From: Candidatus Bathyarchaeota archaeon
GTDB taxonomy: Archaea; Thermoproteota; Bathyarchaeia; Bathyarchaeales; Bathycorpusculaceae
Assembly: GCA_963720565.1 (NCBI GenBank)
Contig: CAVRFW010000009.1
Coordinates: 96,001 to 160,000, forward strand
Direction: 5' to 3'
Length of the DNA: 64,000 bases
The notes beneath the pieces are model-generated. The model made no database searches and was not told the origin of the DNA. It saw only the letters and a program-made list of their open reading frames with translations. The position numbers were made by a program, and so were the translations under genes. Shown here piece after piece: positions 41,651-52,233 of this stretch; position 1 is the first letter of the stretch; each line of letters opens with the position of its first letter.

Positions 41651-42241
41651 ATGATTGGGATCTATACCAAAGAATTCTCCAGCGTGTGGGTCGGAGTTGC
41701 TTGTGACGATCAACGGGTTTTTGGTGTGTATTTCGCTTGTTGCGAGGGGTCTGTTTGTCTCGGTCTTTTGGAGTGTTTGCCTTTCGGGGTCTCGTTTCAG
41801 GTTTTTCGGAATCTTTCCCCGTTTGCGGAGCAGGTTATTGCGTGGGTGAAGGATGTTTATGACGGAAAAGATGTTTCCCGCGGCTTTTGTTTGGCGATGG
41901 AGCATTTGCCAACTTACACCCGGCGAGTTCTTGAAGTTACTTCGGCGATTCCTGTGGGTTATGTGGCTTCTTATGGCGAGATAGCTAAAGCGGCAGGTGG
42001 CGGGGCAAGGGCTGTGGGCAATGTTATGGCGCGGAATCCTTTTGCTCCCGTAGTTCCTTGTCATAGGGTGGTTGGTTCAAATCTTCATTTGGGAGGATAC
42101 AGCGGGGGTTTGGATGCGAAGCTTGCGTTCTTGGGTCGCGAAAAACGTGGTTTCACGAATCCTTGCGACATCAGCGTTGCGGGAGGAACACTTCAGGTCT
42201 TTCCGGTTGAATTCTTGCTGGGAAAACTTGGGAAGAGTTAG
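41651..42241 (+). CDS. ogt: Methylated-DNA-protein-cysteine methyltransferase
   Basis: IPVG...SYG, RAVG, PCHRV and GGY. Confidence 0.9.
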   Translation: MIGIYTKEFSSVWVGVACDDQRVFGVYFACCEGSVCLGLLECLPFGVSFQVFRNLSPFAEQVIAWVKDVYDGKDVSRGFCLAMEHLPTYTRRVLEVTSAIPVGYVASYGEIAKAAGGGARAVGNVMARNPFAPVVPCHRVVGSNLHLGGYSGGLDAKLAFLGREKRGFTNPCDISVAGGTLQVFPVEFLLGKLGKS

Positions 42242-42298
42242 CTTTTTCTTTGTGAAGTCTTTATCAGGTCGTTCGAGCAATAGAACGACAAAGAAGGC

Positions 42299-43135
42299 GT
42301 GTTGATGAAAAACCAAGATGCTTGGTTGGAGATATTCGCGAGTTGCAAAGATAACATCAAAGCGTGTATCAAACCGCATCTCAATACGATCGGCAAACCG
42401 CAGCCTACCTTGGGTATGGGTGCTGGTGGCGACCAAATGAAACCGGTGGATTTAGCCGCGGAAAAAGCAATAGTCGAGACTATTCGACAGTATGATGTTT
42501 CTTTCACTCTCATCAGTGAGGAATCTGGCGTGCAGGAATACGGTAAAACGCCTAAAGAGTGTTATGTCACTGTCGATCCAGTTGACGGTACAACTAATTT
42601 TGTTCGTGGGCTACCGTTCTTCGCTTCGTCGATAGCTGTTTCTTCTGCGCCTGTTCTCTCGGCGGTCTACGCGGGCATAGTAGCGGATCTCGTTCACAAC
42701 ACCGCTTATACTGCGATAAAGGGCAAAGGCGCTTTTTGTAACACAAAGAGGATTTCCTCCTCCACAGTGTCTTCCCTTGACGATGCAGTGATTGGATTAG
42801 ATCTTAACACTAACAATGTTGCTGACATTGCACCGCAGCTAACAAGCCTAATCCAGAAGACAGGACACATCCGCCATTTTGGCGCCAACGCGCTTGAGCT
42901 CTGCTACGTGGCCGAGGGCTTAACTGACGCTTTCGTTGACATCCGCGGGAAACTCCGAACAACCGACGTAGCAGCAGGAATGCTCATACTGAAAGAGGCA
43001 GGCGGAACAGTAACCACACATAAAGATGAAGCTTTTGACGCGAAGCTAGACCCGAAAGAAAGGATAAGATTTGTAGCCTCCGGAAACAAGCAAATACATA
43101 AGTCAATTCTCAATTTGGTAAAGCCAAAATGTTAA
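42299..43135 (+). CDS. Inositol monophosphatase/FBPase family protein
   Basis: SEE, DPVDGTTNF and DVAAG..I.KEAGG. Confidence 0.88.
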   Translation: MLMKNQDAWLEIFASCKDNIKACIKPHLNTIGKPQPTLGMGAGGDQMKPVDLAAEKAIVETIRQYDVSFTLISEESGVQEYGKTPKECYVTVDPVDGTTNFVRGLPFFASSIAVSSAPVLSAVYAGIVADLVHNTAYTAIKGKGAFCNTKRISSSTVSSLDDAVIGLDLNTNNVADIAPQLTSLIQKTGHIRHFGANALELCYVAEGLTDAFVDIRGKLRTTDVAAGMLILKEAGGTVTTHKDEAFDAKLDPKERIRFVASGNKQIHKSILNLVKPKC

Positions 43136-43971
43136 AGCTACTGCTACCACACCCTGCAGCGCTCATAAAAAATGGGAAAGCAAAGATCATCGTAATAGCT
43201 GATCCGCATTTAGGTTGGGAGACTGGGCTTCAGCAAAAAGGTATCCATATCCCAAGCCAAACACCTAAAATTCTAAAAAATCTCATAACGCTCCTTTCCA
43301 AATACAAACCCGACACGCTGGTGATTTTGGGCGACGTCAAGTACACCGTGGTATCTGCGGAACCGGGCGAGTGGCGAGAGATACCGGAGTTTTTCGAAAA
43401 ACTAGGAAGTCATGTGAATGAAATAGTTGTGGTACGGGGAAATCATGATGCTAACCTCGAACCATTGTTGCCAGAAAACGTCAGAATTCTCCCTGCTACG
43501 GGCACAGTCATAGGCAACGTCGGTCTTTTTCACGGGCACAAGTGGCCCTCTCCACTGCTCTTATCCTGCAAAATCATGATTATGGGGCATCTTCACCCAG
43601 TTATGGTCTTCCGAGACCCGGCGGGATTCAAAATTACCCGCCCGGTTTGGATGAAAGCATCATGCAACACTAGCAAGTTAACCAAGGTTTTACTGCAGAA
43701 GAATGGAGTGAAAATAGAAGGCACGCCTGAATTGACTCTCCTCAGACATTACGATTTCAAGCCGAGGACTGCTCAGATTTTCGTCATGCCTAGTTTCAAC
43801 GATTTTCTCGGCGGCAGACCCATTAATGAAACTCGACCTCGGAAGGAATTGGATAGCGAATCTTTGATCGGTCCCGTGCTGCGTTCCGAAGCAGTGAATG
43901 TTGATGGTTCGGAAATATACCTTCTGGATGGAACATATCTTGGAACCCTCAACCAACTCAGGAAACTGTAG
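43129..43971 (+). CDS. Calcineurin-like metallophosphoesterase
   Basis: DPHLG, GDVK, GNHD, HGH, GHLHP and PSFN. Confidence 0.85.
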   Translation: MLKLLLPHPAALIKNGKAKIIVIADPHLGWETGLQQKGIHIPSQTPKILKNLITLLSKYKPDTLVILGDVKYTVVSAEPGEWREIPEFFEKLGSHVNEIVVVRGNHDANLEPLLPENVRILPATGTVIGNVGLFHGHKWPSPLLLSCKIMIMGHLHPVMVFRDPAGFKITRPVWMKASCNTSKLTKVLLQKNGVKIEGTPELTLLRHYDFKPRTAQIFVMPSFNDFLGGRPINETRPRKELDSESLIGPVLRSEAVNVDGSEIYLLDGTYLGTLNQLRKL

Positions 43972-44060
43972 ACTAACGCGGCGGTCTCATGAAAGGAAAA
44001 CGACGTTGCTTCGATACATTTTTTATCTAAAGCTTCTACTGCTCTAGGCGGGAGCCCATA

Positions 44061-45302
44061 TTGGTAAGACTCAAAGGATTTCAGAAACTCACAACTACAA
44101 ATGACGCACTCCAACTCTGGCTTAACACTTTGCGCCTTCAGAAGTCCCAAACAGTTGCGGTGCCTCTGAATGAGGGTTTGGGTCGCGTATTAGCTGAGAA
44201 TATAATTGCCCAGGAAGATTTACCTCGTTTTGACAAATCAGCTGTTGATGGTTACGCGGTAACTGCCAGAAGTACGACTGGCGCGACTCAGTTTAAACCA
44301 TCAACATTTCAGTTAACGGATGCACTAGAAATTACCTCAAAGCAAGCTAGACCTATCTGGACTGGAAATCCGATTCCTAGAGGAGCAGATGCTGTTGTAA
44401 TGATTGAGGATACGAAGAGAATAGATGGTGACCTTGAGGTTTGGGTTCCACTTGTTCCTGGAGAGAATATTTCTAGGAAAGGTGAGGATGTGCAGAAAGG
44501 TGAATGCGTCGCGAAAACTGGAACACGACTGAATCCTTATCATTTGGGTTTGCTTGCTGCTTTGGGTAACGAGAGTGTCAAGGTTTTTGAGAAGCCGAAA
44601 ATAGCTGTATTGGCTACTGGAAGCGAGTTGGCAGAGGTTGGAGCTATTCGTAGGGAGAACCAGATTTTTGATTCAAATAAGACTATGATTTCTGCGATGT
44701 GCAAGGAGCTAGGCGCGGAGCCAGTCAGTTTAGGAATAGCGAAAGATGATGTGAACGAAATTGCTGAGAGAATCAGGGTGGGTCTGCGAGATTGCGATGC
44801 AGTGATAACTTCTGGTGGAACAAGTGTCGGAGGGCACGACCTTGTTCCTGATGCCGTTAACAAGGTCGGAAGCCCAGGTGTTGTCGTTCATGGCGTAGCT
44901 ATGAGACCTGCCATGCCTACAGCCCTTGGAGTACTAGAGAACAAGCCCGTGATGATTCTCTCGGGCAATCCAGTGGCGGCTGTGTTTGGCTTCGAAGTTT
45001 TTGCGCGACCATTAATATCCAAGATGCTTGGTATGAGCGAAGGAGAGTTGAGGCCTTCGATAAAAGCAGTCATGACCCGCAAAGTAGCCACAGCGCTTGG
45101 AAGAAAAACCTTCGTCCGAGTTCGAGTAATAGAGAAAAACGGTGAGTTCTATGCGGAGCCTGTGAGCACTCGCGGTTCAGGTGCGATATCTACGATGACG
45201 CGGAGCAACGGCTTCATTGTAGTTCCTGAGAACAGAGAAGGTGCGAAGGAAGGCGAGCTCGTTACTGTTCACTTATTTGGTCCGGTAGAGGCGGCAAACT
45301 AA
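44061..45302 (+). CDS. moeA: Molybdopterin molybdotransferase MoeA
   Basis: SAVDGYAV, TG.PIP.GADAVVM.E, TGSEL and SGGTSVG..D. Confidence 0.92.
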   Translation: MVRLKGFQKLTTTNDALQLWLNTLRLQKSQTVAVPLNEGLGRVLAENIIAQEDLPRFDKSAVDGYAVTARSTTGATQFKPSTFQLTDALEITSKQARPIWTGNPIPRGADAVVMIEDTKRIDGDLEVWVPLVPGENISRKGEDVQKGECVAKTGTRLNPYHLGLLAALGNESVKVFEKPKIAVLATGSELAEVGAIRRENQIFDSNKTMISAMCKELGAEPVSLGIAKDDVNEIAERIRVGLRDCDAVITSGGTSVGGHDLVPDAVNKVGSPGVVVHGVAMRPAMPTALGVLENKPVMILSGNPVAAVFGFEVFARPLISKMLGMSEGELRPSIKAVMTRKVATALGRKTFVRVRVIEKNGEFYAEPVSTRGSGAISTMTRSNGFIVVPENREGAKEGELVTVHLFGPVEAAN

Positions 45303-45303
45303 C

Positions 45304-46546
45304 ATGTTTAGGCAACTTATGACTTATGAAGAGGCAAAGAAGGCTATTCATGTTCATCTTAAGCCTGAAGCATTAGGTGGAGAGGAGCTTTCTCTGCTGG
45401 AATCACTCTCTCGCGTCTTAATGGAGAACATAACTTCCTCTCTTGATATTCCACCTTTCAACAGATCTACCGTTGACGGTTACGCGGTAGTAGCGGAGGA
45501 TACCTTCGGCGCAGAAGAAAACAAGCCTATAACCTTGAAGGTCTTAGGCGTTGTTAATGTGGGCGAGCTTCCTGAGACTAACCGTTGCAAAGAATGGAAC
45601 CGCGGAAATAGTTACTGGTGCTCCCATCCCCGAAGGCGCAGACGCAGTTGTTATGGTTGAGAACACTGAAAAAGCGGCTGATGAACTTCGCGTTTACACC
45701 GCTGTCGCAAAGAACGAAAATGTGATGAAGAAAGGTGCAGACATAAAAAAAGGCGAAATCATTCTCAAAGCGGGTCAGATTCTGGGTTCCTCGGAGATAG
45801 GGGTTCTAGCCGCTTTGGGATTAACAAAAGTAAAAGTTTTTCGTACACCCGTGGTGGCGGTTCTCTCCACTGGAGGAGAAGTAACTGAACCAGGCATGAA
45901 GTTGCCTCCTGGAAAGATTTATGACATTAACGCGTCCAGCCTCAGCGCTGCGGTCTTGGAGAGCGGGGGGCGACCGGTTTACATGGGTGTGGTTCCAGAT
46001 GATAAAAATGCGTTACGCAAAGCTTTAGAGCATGCTCTTGCTTCTGCGGACATTGTGTTGACTTCTGGAGGGGTTTCAGTAGGGCCGAAAGACATTACGC
46101 CGGAGACTGTCGCTTCTCTGGGTGAACCAGGGTTGATTGTTTGTGGAGTAGCTCTTAAACCTGGCAAACCCTTTACAGCGGCTTTTGCGGGTCGAAAACC
46201 TGTTTTCTCGATGCCTGGGCATCCCACTTCAGCTTTGCTGCTGTTTCATTTGTTTGTACGTCCGGTCATTCAGCTCTTGTCTGGTAGACCTGTACAGGAA
46301 AAAGCGCTTGTTAAAGCTGTGGCGGGTGCCAGAATGTTTTCAGCTAAGGGAAGGCGCACGTTTGTCATGGTTAAGCTGAAACGCGAAGGACCGGATAGAA
46401 TTGTTGCTTTGCCTGTTGAGACCGGAGCTTCGGGTGCAATAACGACTCTCGCGAAAGCTGACGGGTTCGTTGAGATTCCTGAAAACCAGCAGTTCATTGA
46501 TGCTGGAGAAGAAATTTCTGTAGCCCTTCTCAGGACTATTGTCTAG
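45304..46546 (+). CDS. moeA: Second MoeA (frameshift near 45580)
   Basis: ORFs 45304-45660 (STVDGYAV) and 45551-46546 (TGAPIP, STGGE, SGGVSVG, KPGKP) join. Confidence 0.88.
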
Positions 46547-46547
46547 T

Positions 46548-46904
46548 CTATGCAGCTTCTGCTCTGCTTTTCAGCGCCAGGTATAAGGTGACAATTAGAG
46601 TTAGTACAGCGTAGGCGATAATCATCAGGCTTACGACCAAGTTGTTTAGTCCGATGAAGTATAGTGTGTAAAGGGAGAGAGTCATGGCAATAATGAACAA
46701 TGCGGCAACTAGCCACATTGCCCAGAATCTATTCTTTAGAAGGCCATATGCAGTGACCAAGCTGAGCGCTCCCGTTAATCCGATGTGCGGAGGAAAATTG
46801 GCGAAAGGCAGTAATACGAGGAATATGATGCCGACCGCAGCGTAGAATATGATTGGCGCTAAGGTTTTGATGTCTGCGGTTTTAAGTTTAGATGCGAATG
46901 ACAC
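46548..46904 (-). CDS. Small 4-TM hypothetical membrane protein
   Basis: 118-aa hydrophobic ORF with an upstream TTTAAA box. Confidence 0.65.
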   Translation of the reverse strand: MSFASKLKTADIKTLAPIIFYAAVGIIFLVLLPFANFPPHIGLTGALSLVTAYGLLKNRFWAMWLVAALFIIAMTLSLYTLYFIGLNNLVVSLMIIAYAVLTLIVTLYLALKSRAEAA

Positions 46905-47077
46905 TTTAAATCGCCTTTAACCTATTGCATTAATGGCTCAATTTAAATTTAATGTTTAGCTACTCAGTAAAAGTTCGGAGTTGGTCTTGCTTCATTTCTC
47001 TGAGTAGGTCATGCGTTGTGAGATAGTGAAGCGAAAGAGTTTAGAGGAGCCCCCGTAGAAGACAATATGAAAGAGGC

Positions 47078-47980
47078 TTGGATATGAGTTATTTGGAACT
47101 TTTCGTTTCGCAGTCTAATGTTTTCGGCGGTGTGCAAAAACCTCTCGAGAAGGCTAAGTATGTTATCTTTGGCGTTCCATTTGATGTTACCAGCACATAC
47201 AGAACAGGGGCTCGATTCGGACCCAACGCCATTAGAGAGGCTTCGCTTAATATTGAAACCTTCAGTTTTCGCACGGGTGTAGACCTCGAAGATTTGCTTA
47301 TTCATGACTTGGGCGATTTGCACGTGTCTACTAGTCCTAGGAAAACTGTTGGAATGCTGACGCACGTAGTTGCCGATGTTTTGTCTGCCGGGAAGATGCC
47401 GGTTGCAGTAGGTGGTGAACACACGATTACTCTGGGCGTTCTGAAAGGATTAGGCAGCATCGCCAAGAAAACGGCGATTGTAAGTTTCGATGCCCATCTT
47501 GATCTGCGCCGAGAGTTCCAAGGCTTGACGCTTTCCCACACGACCTTCATGCGCCTAATTAACGAAGAGGTTAAACCTGCAAGAATATTCGAAGTTGGAA
47601 CTAGAGCCGTTTGCAGAGAAGAATTGGACTACGCAAAGAAAGCCGGAGTAGAGTTTATCACTTCTCTGCAACTCAGAAGAGAAGGACCAGAAAAGACTAT
47701 CCAAAACCTCAAGGAAAAACTAGCGCCGTACGATAGCGTCTACTTGTCAGTTGACATGGACGTCTTGGACCCTGCTTTTGCTCCTGCGGTTCAAAATCCA
47801 GAAGCTGGGGGAATCGACACTAACACGCTGATTGATGTTTTGTGTGCATTGTGCGATAAGCGCGTGATTGGATTTGATGTCCTGGAGATTGCGCCCGTTT
47901 ACGATCAGGGAATTTCTGCAGTTGCCGCTGCAAGAATCATGTTTGAAGTGCTGTGTCAGCTGGAAAAGAAGCGAAAATAG
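47078..47980 (+). CDS. speB: Agmatinase
   Basis: GARFGP, GGEH, DAHLD and DMDVLDPAFAP. Confidence 0.92.
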   Translation: MDMSYLELFVSQSNVFGGVQKPLEKAKYVIFGVPFDVTSTYRTGARFGPNAIREASLNIETFSFRTGVDLEDLLIHDLGDLHVSTSPRKTVGMLTHVVADVLSAGKMPVAVGGEHTITLGVLKGLGSIAKKTAIVSFDAHLDLRREFQGLTLSHTTFMRLINEEVKPARIFEVGTRAVCREELDYAKKAGVEFITSLQLRREGPEKTIQNLKEKLAPYDSVYLSVDMDVLDPAFAPAVQNPEAGGIDTNTLIDVLCALCDKRVIGFDVLEIAPVYDQGISAVAAARIMFEVLCQLEKKRK

Positions 47981-48010
47981 CGAATGCTGCTGTTGGAATG
48001 CGGCTGAAGA

Positions 48011-50894
48011 CTATTCTATGAATATTGCTGGCTGATAAGGCGTAGCCATCGAAGCTCGCTGCTTAGGATCGTAGCGTTGCGCGTCGTTTTCGTTGTAAAC
48101 CGAGATTTCCGCCTTGAACCGGTCTTTTAGGAAGGGGATGGCTTCTTGGATAATTTCTTTCTCGTTGAGTTCCCTTATCTTTTGGATGTTCCCTTTTCTA
48201 TCGTTGGAGAGCTTCGCTAGTGATTTGATAACGCGTGGGACGAGTCCTGCAATCTCCTTCATGTGCGGCTTCAAATCGGGGTCAGCGGCTAACTCCTTCA
48301 TTATCTCGTTGATTTTCGGGTCTCCGGAAGTCGCTTTCTCTATGACTTTTAGGTATGCTTTCCACTTCCAGGGGGCAGCGGTGTAGAAGCATAGTCTTTT
48401 AGGCGTGATTTTTGTGGCTTTCAAGATGTTGAGTGTGTCGGCGATCATGTCTGTTATGATGTTCTCCTCTTCCTCTGCCTTGACGTCGATTTTGCCCTGT
48501 TCTACTCTGGGCCACTCGGCAAGGGCGATGAATCCCTTCTTTCCTGTTTTGCTCCAGAGCTCTTCGCATACGAACGGTGCGAAAGGAGCCATTAGTCTGA
48601 GCCATATTTCTAGGGCTTCGCGAACTGCTTTGGCTTCTGTTTTTCCTTTTCTTTGAGCGTACCAGCGGAAATCGTTCCAAGTTTCAAACAGTGCATTCTC
48701 TAAGGCTGTACGTGTTTTAAGCTCCTCAAGCGCCGCTGAGACTTGTCCTAATTCGTTGTTGTATTCTGCTGAGCAGCCATTTTTCCATATGCGTGGTTTC
48801 GTCGCTGCTTGCCGTCTCGATTATGTTAATGGCAAAGTTTTGCAGGGCTTCGAATTTGTTTTGGATTTCAGCGGCGTTCTCGCCTCTCCAGTCTGGGTCG
48901 TCCATGCCTTCAGCGCCTAACAACAGGGCGCATCGAGTGGCGTCTGCGCCGTAGCGGTCAACCGCTCCTTTCATTGTTACGAAGTTGCCCTTGGACTTGT
49001 GCATCTGTTTGCCCTCGATCATGAGCATCCCGTTTACACCTACGGCTCGGGGCCAAAGTTCGCGTGGAAACAATGCCGCGTGGTGGAAGATGCAGAAACT
49101 CAGATGGTTAGGCACCAGCTCTTTCGCTGAGACTCTAAGGTCGAAGGGATACCAGTACAGGAATTCTTCTCGCATTTCCTTCAACAGTTCCGTTGATATT
49201 CCAGATTCTTTGCTGACTTGGGCGGTTTCGCCTTTGCCGAAGAAAAGGTAGTCGAAGACTTCGCGCTTTAGCGCCTCAGGTTTTATGTTGTGTTGTCGTA
49301 TGTGTTTGTTTATTGTGTAGAAGGACATGTAGATTGTTGAGTCGCTGAGGGTTTCTATGATCCAGCCTTTTCCCCATGGCAGTGGTGTTCCGAAACCCGT
49401 GGTTCTGGCGCAAGCCCATTCTTTGAGCCAGTCGATTACTGTTATGAACCATTGCCTTGCTGATTCGGGGTAGATGTTCATTTGTGCAACTAGTTCTTTG
49501 GCTTTTTCTTTCCATGCGGAATCGGAGTAGTTCAGGAACCACTGGTCTGAGAGTATTTTAACAATGCATGGTGTCATGCAGCGGCATACCACAGATTCAG
49601 GTAGATCGTACATGCTGTCGGCTGCGCCTATCTTCTTGAAATCCTGTATGAGTATATCTTTGACTTCCCTGACTGTTTTTCCAGCGTACGGTCCACAGTT
49701 TTGCTTCAAGATTCCTCCGTGGAACTCTTTCTTGTAGAGCGTTTTGGTTGCTTCGTCCGCTCTTGGGTCATGTTGGTCTTTGACTCCCATCTGTTCAACC
49801 AGTTCCACTGCGGGGTACTCGCCGAAGCCCTCGACTTGTATGAGCGCAATAGGTTTTATCTGCTTAACAAATTCCGGGTCAATACCGAATTCTTGGAGCA
49901 CTTCAGGTTTTTCCTGCAGGTCTTTTAGTGCGAGCCAATCGTAGGGGGCGTGGGCAGGAACACTGTACACGACGCCAGTAGCCTGGTTCGCGTCGACAAA
50001 CCAGCCTGGCAATATCGGAAACTTGGCTTTTGTGATTGGGTTCTGGAAGCTTTTTCCGATTAGTTCTTTGCCTTTGAACTTGCGTTTCACTTCAACGGTT
50101 CTTTCTTGTTCCTTGAGTTTCTCCGCAGCTTCTTGGCTGACTATCCAGTTTTCCCCATTTACCTTCGCCTCTACATACGTGGCGTCGGGGTTTATCCACA
50201 TGTTTGTTATGCCATAGATAGTTTCAGGTCTAAACGTTGCCGCAGGCAGGAAAGTTCCATCGTCAAGCTTGTACTTTATTAGCGTGTACTCTTCGGGCGT
50301 GACGCCTTCGCCCACTTGGCGGTCATGGTCGCCGGTTGGGCTTTGATCTTTGGGGCACCAGACAACGGGGTGTGTTCCCCTCGTGACGTAACCCAATTCT
50401 CTAAGGCACTTGTATTGCCATTCGATGAATTTCTGGTAGGTTGGCATTATTGTGTTGAATTCTCTTCGCCAGTCAATCGAGAAACCGATACGCCTGGCAA
50501 TTGAGTGTCCTTCGTTAGTGTAATACTGCGCCATGTAAAGCGGGTCAACAAACTTTTTCAGCTCCTCCTCTGGTACGCCATCCATTTCCCGCAATACTCG
50601 AATGTATTCTGCGTCGCCCTTTGCGACGCGTTGGCTTGCCCCCAAAAGTGGTTGTCCAGTCCAGTGCCAAGACCAAGGCCACAGTACGTTGAAGCCTTGC
50701 ATGCGTTTGAAGCGTGCGTAAACGTCTACACGCGACGCTGTGAACGTGTGACCGACGTGCAGCGGACCATTCATGTAAGGATAGGGAAAAGTTACCATGA
50801 TTTTTTTGCGGTTGACGTCTGGGTCTGCTTCAAAAATGTGGGCTTGTTCCCAGCGTTTTAGCCATTTGCTCTCGTTTTCCTTGGTCTGACTCAT
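48011..50894 (-). CDS. leuS: Leucine-tRNA ligase (single frameshift near 48748)
   Basis: PY.NGPLHVGH, editing domain (ATFRPET, GVVYSVPAHAPYD) and QMHKSKGN. The frame continues as QVSAALEELKTRTAL..FRWY into ORF 48011-48592. Confidence 0.93.
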
Positions 50895-51012
50895 GAAACT
50901 TGTTGAATTAAGTCTATGGCTATTAAGAGTTGTGTTTAAGGCCAACTGCAATTGGAAACGGACCTAAAAAGGTAAATAGCGCTCGCATCAATGAAATATG
51001 TTTGATGCTCAA

Positions 51013-52007
51013 ATGTCCGATAAGAAGAGCCTCGTGAAACAGACAGTTGCTCTCCTTAGAAAGCGTGGTAAGAAATCTCTGGAAATCGCCCGACGTTCTA
51101 TTGAGCAAGATGAAATTAAGCACCAGCCCCTCGGAGATGCTCTTAGATATTTTGCTGACGAAATGTTCGCTCATATTGGGCACCCTGGCTTGCTCTCAGT
51201 TTACTGCGAAGCAGTAGGTGGCGATCCGGACAAGACAATTCAGATTGGCGCGGCAATGGTTATGCTGGTTTCTGCAGCAGATATTCATGACGATTTAATT
51301 GACGAGTCAACGGTGAAGAATGGCAAGCGAACTCTCTTGGGCAAGTACGGTAAGGACTTAGCGATTCTGGCAGGCGATGCGTTCCTAATGAAAGGCATGT
51401 ATCTCCTTGACGACGCAATGTCGAAATTCTCTATGGACAAGAGAAATGCGGTTCTTAAGTTGATAAAGCAGGCTTTTTTCGACCTCAGTAGTGCTGAAGC
51501 AGAAGAAGCTGCCCTCAGAGGTAACATTGACCTATCGGGACGCGTGTTTTTTGAGCTAATTAAGGGAAAGAGCGCGGTTTCAGAAACAACTGGCAGAATA
51601 GGGGCAGTTCTTGCAGACGGGACAGAAGAAGACTTGCAGACTCTTGGCGAGATAGGTTACATCGTAGGTTTGCTCAGCACGATTAGAGACGAGTTTATAG
51701 ACGTTTTCGAACCCGACGAACTCAAAAACAGGTTTAATAGGGAAATTTTGCCACTTCCTTTGCTTTACGTTTTTCAGGACTCAGCAGAAGAAAAATCGAA
51801 TCTTGGAGTTGTTACGAGAAGACAAAATAACAAAGAAGAATACTGAGCAAATTGTCAGAATTGTAATGGAAGCCAAAGAAACAAAGGACATTGAAGGATG
51901 AGATGCGTTTGCTAATTGAGAGGGGTTTAACTTCCTTGGCAACACTCAGAGGTGAAAAAGAGCCTCTACGACTGCTACTAGAATCCGCAGCGGAAGACCT
52001 ATATTAA
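51013..52007 (+). CDS. Atypical polyprenyl-synthetase-fold prenyltransferase (ComQ-like); two frameshifts near 51785 and 51890
   Basis: First Asp-rich motif HDDLID and AILAGD are present. The second motif is degenerate (RDEFID), and GKRxRP and RRG are absent. The C-terminus continues as ..NRILELLRE..LKDEMRLLIERG..AAEDLY* to 52007. Confidence 0.75.
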
Positions 52008-52016
52008 TAAGCAACG

Positions 52017-52037
52017 CTCGAAGTAAAAAAATTCGAG
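52017..52037 (-). terminator. Oligo-T terminator of the micro-gene, within a short inverted repeat
   Basis: A7 at 52025-52031 (T7 on minus) begins 12 nt after the peptide stop and is flanked by CTCGAA/TTCGAG. Confidence 0.5.
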
Positions 52038-52043
52038 GGTATT

Positions 52044-52088
52044 TTACTTCCAGAATTTAACTCTAACCGGAACTTTGGCTTTTTGCAT
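52044..52088 (-). CDS. Unannotated 14-aa peptide MQKAKVPVRVKFWK (candidate prenylated-peptide precursor)
   Basis: ATG CAA AAA GCC AAA GTT CCG GTT AGA GTT AAA TTC TGG AAG TAA. GAGGGG lies 8 nt upstream, with a TATA box further up and a T7 run downstream. Confidence 0.6.
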   Translation of the reverse strand: MQKAKVPVRVKFWK

Positions 52089-52092
52089 GAAT

Positions 52093-52144
52093 CCTTCCCC
52101 TCTTGTGTATATCTGTTGTACAGTATAGAGCTTAAAAGGTTTGC
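52093..52144 (-). promoter_or_regulatory. BRE/TATA box and SD-like tract of the micro-gene
   Basis: Minus strand GCAAAC-CTTTTAAG (52144-52131) and GAGGGGAAGG (52102-52093). Confidence 0.55.
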
Positions 52145-52233
52145 GTTTGCCTCATGGACTCTGAATCCAATTCTTCAATTCTGAACCTTTATTTTGTGTT
52201 CAAAAACTAGGTATTCAATCGGTAAAAGTCTCA

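Noticed and set aside
9220..50861. Many antisense or nested ORFs of 60-180 aa in the track (e.g. 9220-9708, 15738-16268, 38516-38938, 59505-60179)
   Set aside because: They lie opposite well-supported genes and have no motifs, so they are shadow ORFs.
48011..50894. Naturally split (alpha/beta) LeuRS or programmed frameshift
   Set aside because: One extra base near 48748 explains the break. There is no slippery site or second start signal, and similar indels occur across the window.
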